Shown: positions 61,000 through 64,000 of the stretch, in pieces
How positions within the stretch are numbered: position 1 is the stretch's first letter
Layout of the letters: the number at the start of each line of letters is the position of its first letter
From: Eledone cirrhosa
Taxonomy: Eukaryota
Assembly: GCA_964016885.1 (NCBI GenBank)
Contig: OZ024741.1
Span: 111,972,001-112,036,000 of the forward strand
Reading direction: 5' to 3'
DNA: 64,000 nt
Position numbers and translations under genes: made by a program
The notes under the pieces: generated by a model
The model's input: only the letters and a program-made list of their open reading frames with translations
What the model was told of the DNA's origin: nothing
The model's database searches: none

Positions 61000-61312
61000 T
61001 AGCTATGAATTTTAAAGGTGATGACTGACGCCATCTACCTTCTAATAATAATAATAATAATAATAATTGTTTTTATTTTTGGCACAAGGCCAGCAAATAC
61101 CTAGTACATTACTGGTACTTTATTTTATCGACCCCGTAAGGATGAAAGGCAAAGTTAACCTCGGCGCGATTAACTTTACCTTTCATCCTTACGGGGTCGA
61201 TAAAATAAAGTACCAGTAATGCTGGCCTTGTTCCAAATGTAGAAACAATTACTATTATTATTATTATTAGAAGGTAGATGGCGTCAGTTATCACCTTTAA
61301 AATTCATAGCTA
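61000..61312. repeat. ~310-bp fold-back palindrome: unique flank + (AAT)n + half SINE, mirrored
   Basis: TAGCTATGAATTTTAAAGGTGATGACTGACGCCATCTACCTTCT matches the reverse complement at 61269-61312. Centre ~61165. Confidence 0.92.
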
Positions 61313-61622
61313 AATCTGATATACATATATATAAGTTTTAACTGATATTTAATTTTCAACTGAAAGTTGAAAATTGCAAACTTGACTGTCACCCAGAATA
61401 TGAACCTGAAGATTGCGAAAGCATGAAAGTACTTGTTCAATTAACATTTAACATTTAATATTCTACCATACTATTTCATTCTAATACCATTATAAATTTT
61501 AAAGGATTAAAGTATTGTAAATAAAACGAGTAAATCAGACAAAGTTGGAATTCCTTTTATTAATATAATCTTCTATACACAATCATACACACCCTTGTAT
61601 ATTTATATATATATATATATAA

Positions 61623-61760
61623 AACAAAGGAATTGTGGTAAGGGACCAGATGGACCATAACGCACCAGAGTACTGAATACTTAGGGTTGTAGAGTGGGAA
61701 ATAGGAAAAGGTATGACCCCGACGGCAGAGCTCAAGCCGTTTCGACGGCTATTTCTGGAC
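61623..61760 (-). mobile_element. Second copy of the 148-285 repeat, in (TA)n
   Basis: Minus strand TAGCCGTC-GAAA-CGGC-TTGAGCTCT-GCCG-TC-GGGGT. Confidence 0.7.
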
Positions 61761-61779
61761 ATTTATATATATATATATA

Positions 61780-62050
61780 TACCAGATATGTCAGAAAATA
61801 ACAAGCCTGATGTCACAAAAATATTCCAACTCCAAACTACAAACTAGAAATTTTCCCCTTCGAAATAAATCTCCTCGAAGCTAACACACAACCCATCCTT
61901 CTCCGTCACGCCTCCATGCACTCGTGGAAGGTTTTTCCCGGGATTCACCACAGTTCTGTTGTCACGGCACTCTTGGGGGCTTCCACGTCCCGAAAACGGG
62001 TCACCTTAATGACCCTCTTAAGCTTGGGGAAAAGGAAAATGTCTGGTTCG
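61780..62050 (-). mobile_element. mariner transposon 3' relic
   Basis: DIFLFPKLKRVIKVTRFRDVEAPKSAVTTEL..IP..F..C (mariner transposase C-terminus). Ends at TA next to (TA)n. Confidence 0.75.
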
Positions 62051-62792
62051 GAATCATACGATGTATAGTGCTGTAGGGTATTGTGATATCGATTGATTTC
62101 GAAAACACTATTCATATATTTACAAGACTTTGTCATGAACTAGTTGAGTGCTTAGTTGCGCCGAATTAATATTTCTGCACCATTCACCCCAACACTGCCC
62201 ACATTAACACCGTTAGAATGACCTTCTATATAAGGTCACTGACAGCCTAAACACATATTGTTGTTGCTAATGTAGTAGCGATGGTGTGCGATAAGCAATC
62301 AAACTAAAGGACTCGATGTCGGAAATCTGGACAAACCCACTGAGTTAAGTGTTTGGCAATCCAGAATTAATTACGTAATTAACTCTTCAGTGTGCACTTG
62401 GTAATGCAACAGCAATAAACAGTTTGGCGCGCTCGAAACCATGTGAGCTGACTAACTATCGATATTGTTAATTTATTACTTTTGTTGATAACCACTTGAT
62501 ATTTTCATATACCACCTTCTCCCCGCTATATCTAATGAGTCCTCTCTGATTCGACAAAATATTCCCGTTATCGTCTAGTGACAGGCTGAGCATCCGGAAT
62601 CACACGATGTATATAGTGTCCCAGGGCATCATTATTCAACTTAATGCTCTATACGTACGAAAAGTTGAGTGTAGATATTATGAAGATTTTCTGTCCCACG
62701 TCAAGCATTTGGTAGCAATGAAAAAATAAATCTAAAATCGATTTATTTTCTCATTTGCTTTCGGAATATGGAAAACATTAACGATAGGGCAG

Positions 62793-62830
<38 letters not shown>

Positions 62831-63261
62831 AAAAGTTATGAAATGAAAGGAGCTCTGTGGTTACTAAAAATAAGGTTTAGGATGGTGGTTAGGACGGAAC
62901 AGGAGAAAAGAAGAAAGGAGTTTCCATCGTCAGCTGTAAATGTTTCCCGGACCGATGTTTCGGTGCTGAATTACAGGTCATCGGTGTAGTTCGGGTGCGC
63001 CCGAGGACTTTTATTAATCAAAAGGCCAGGTGGAAAAGGAGAGAGAAAGAGAGAAAAACAGGGGGAGAAAAAAGGAGAGAGAAAAGGAAAGAGAGGGAAA
63101 GGAGGGAGAACAAGGGGGGGGGGAGATGGGGAGAGAGGAAGAAGGGGAAAATAGGAAAGGAATAAGAGAAAAAAGTGTACTGGTCCCATCGTGGGAAGAC
63201 ACAGGTGTGTGTGTGTGTGTTTGTGCGCGCGCGCGTATGTATGTATATATATATATATATA

Positions 63262-63638
63262 TATCAACTAGAAATTGATTGACATATATGTAAGTATGTA
63301 TGTATACGTACATACATATATGTATGTACGTATACATACATACTTACATTTAAGTAAGTGCCGTACTAAGAGTGAGAAATGAAATTTCGTTTTCATTTTA
63401 TTACAACTGATTGACATATATATATCTAAAATAAACATATGAAACAATCACAGGGAATAATTTGTAAAAGTGTGTAAGCACACTAAGGTATCGATTTTTA
63501 AAGTTCTAGTTAAACTGTAATTAGTTACCTACCTAGCTATGTGTGCTTACACACTTTTACAAATTATTCTCTGTGATTGTTTCATATGTTTATTTTAGAT
63601 ATATATATATATATGTCAATCAATTTCTAGTTGATATA
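63262..63638. repeat. Nested inverted repeats / fold-back element
   Basis: 63409-63484 mirrors 63541-63621 and 63262-63290 mirrors 63610-63638. The spacer recurs directly at 63958-64000. Confidence 0.8.
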
Positions 63639-64000
63639 AAATGCACCCTTAATTTAATGTTGGATATATACACGGCCCCTAAATTGTAGAGCTAACTCAG
63701 TTGAAAGGACTCGGCTGCTATTTCTAGTTGTCGATAACCTTATTCACGCCACTGGGATGAAGCTGGTACGATGTGTGTATTTTTGAAAAATGCAACACGT
63801 GCTGCTAGTCTTTCGCAGATTTGATTTGCTGTGTAAACACAGATAGTTCGATCTCCCTTGTTGAAAATTCGGGATTTGGCTACTGTGGTTTACCGATCGA
63901 TTAATGGTGAAATATATTTCTTTAATGAAATATATACAAGGAAGATTAATCAATGTATAAGGTATCTATTTTTAAAGTTCTAGTTAAACTTTAATTAGTT

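Overview
AT-rich, microsatellite-dense eukaryotic (animal) DNA. The SINE types and repeat landscape suggest an octopus or other cephalopod (inference). No host gene is recognisable. The window is dominated by non-LTR retrotransposons sitting in simple repeats. (i) A ~29-kb nest (2.1-31.3 kb) in (AAT/ATT)n contains R4/Dong-type RT+RLE copies (one near full length but defective) and a head-to-tail triplet of ~6-kb Tx1-clade LINEs with intact 1139-aa APE-RT ORF2s. (ii) A second Tx1 family (one full-length, two truncated copies) lies in (TATC)n at 52.5-60.8 kb. (iii) RLE- and RTE-derived pieces lie in (TATG)n at 48-49.7 kb. Also present: a 7.6-kb ~50-bp minisatellite, SINEs, Tigger and mariner relics, and several fold-back palindromes. 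The most interesting signals are: a candidate 51-53-nt intron across the ORF1 stop of all four full-length Tx1 copies that would fuse ORF1 in frame to ORF2; an ORF1/5'UTR swap whose breakpoint lies at that site; a target switch (ATT vs TATC) between sister Tx1 families; two degenerate hammerhead-bearing short repeats; a double-pseudoknot leader on the Dong-like element; and a recurrent inverted architecture. All alignments and foldings were done by eye.
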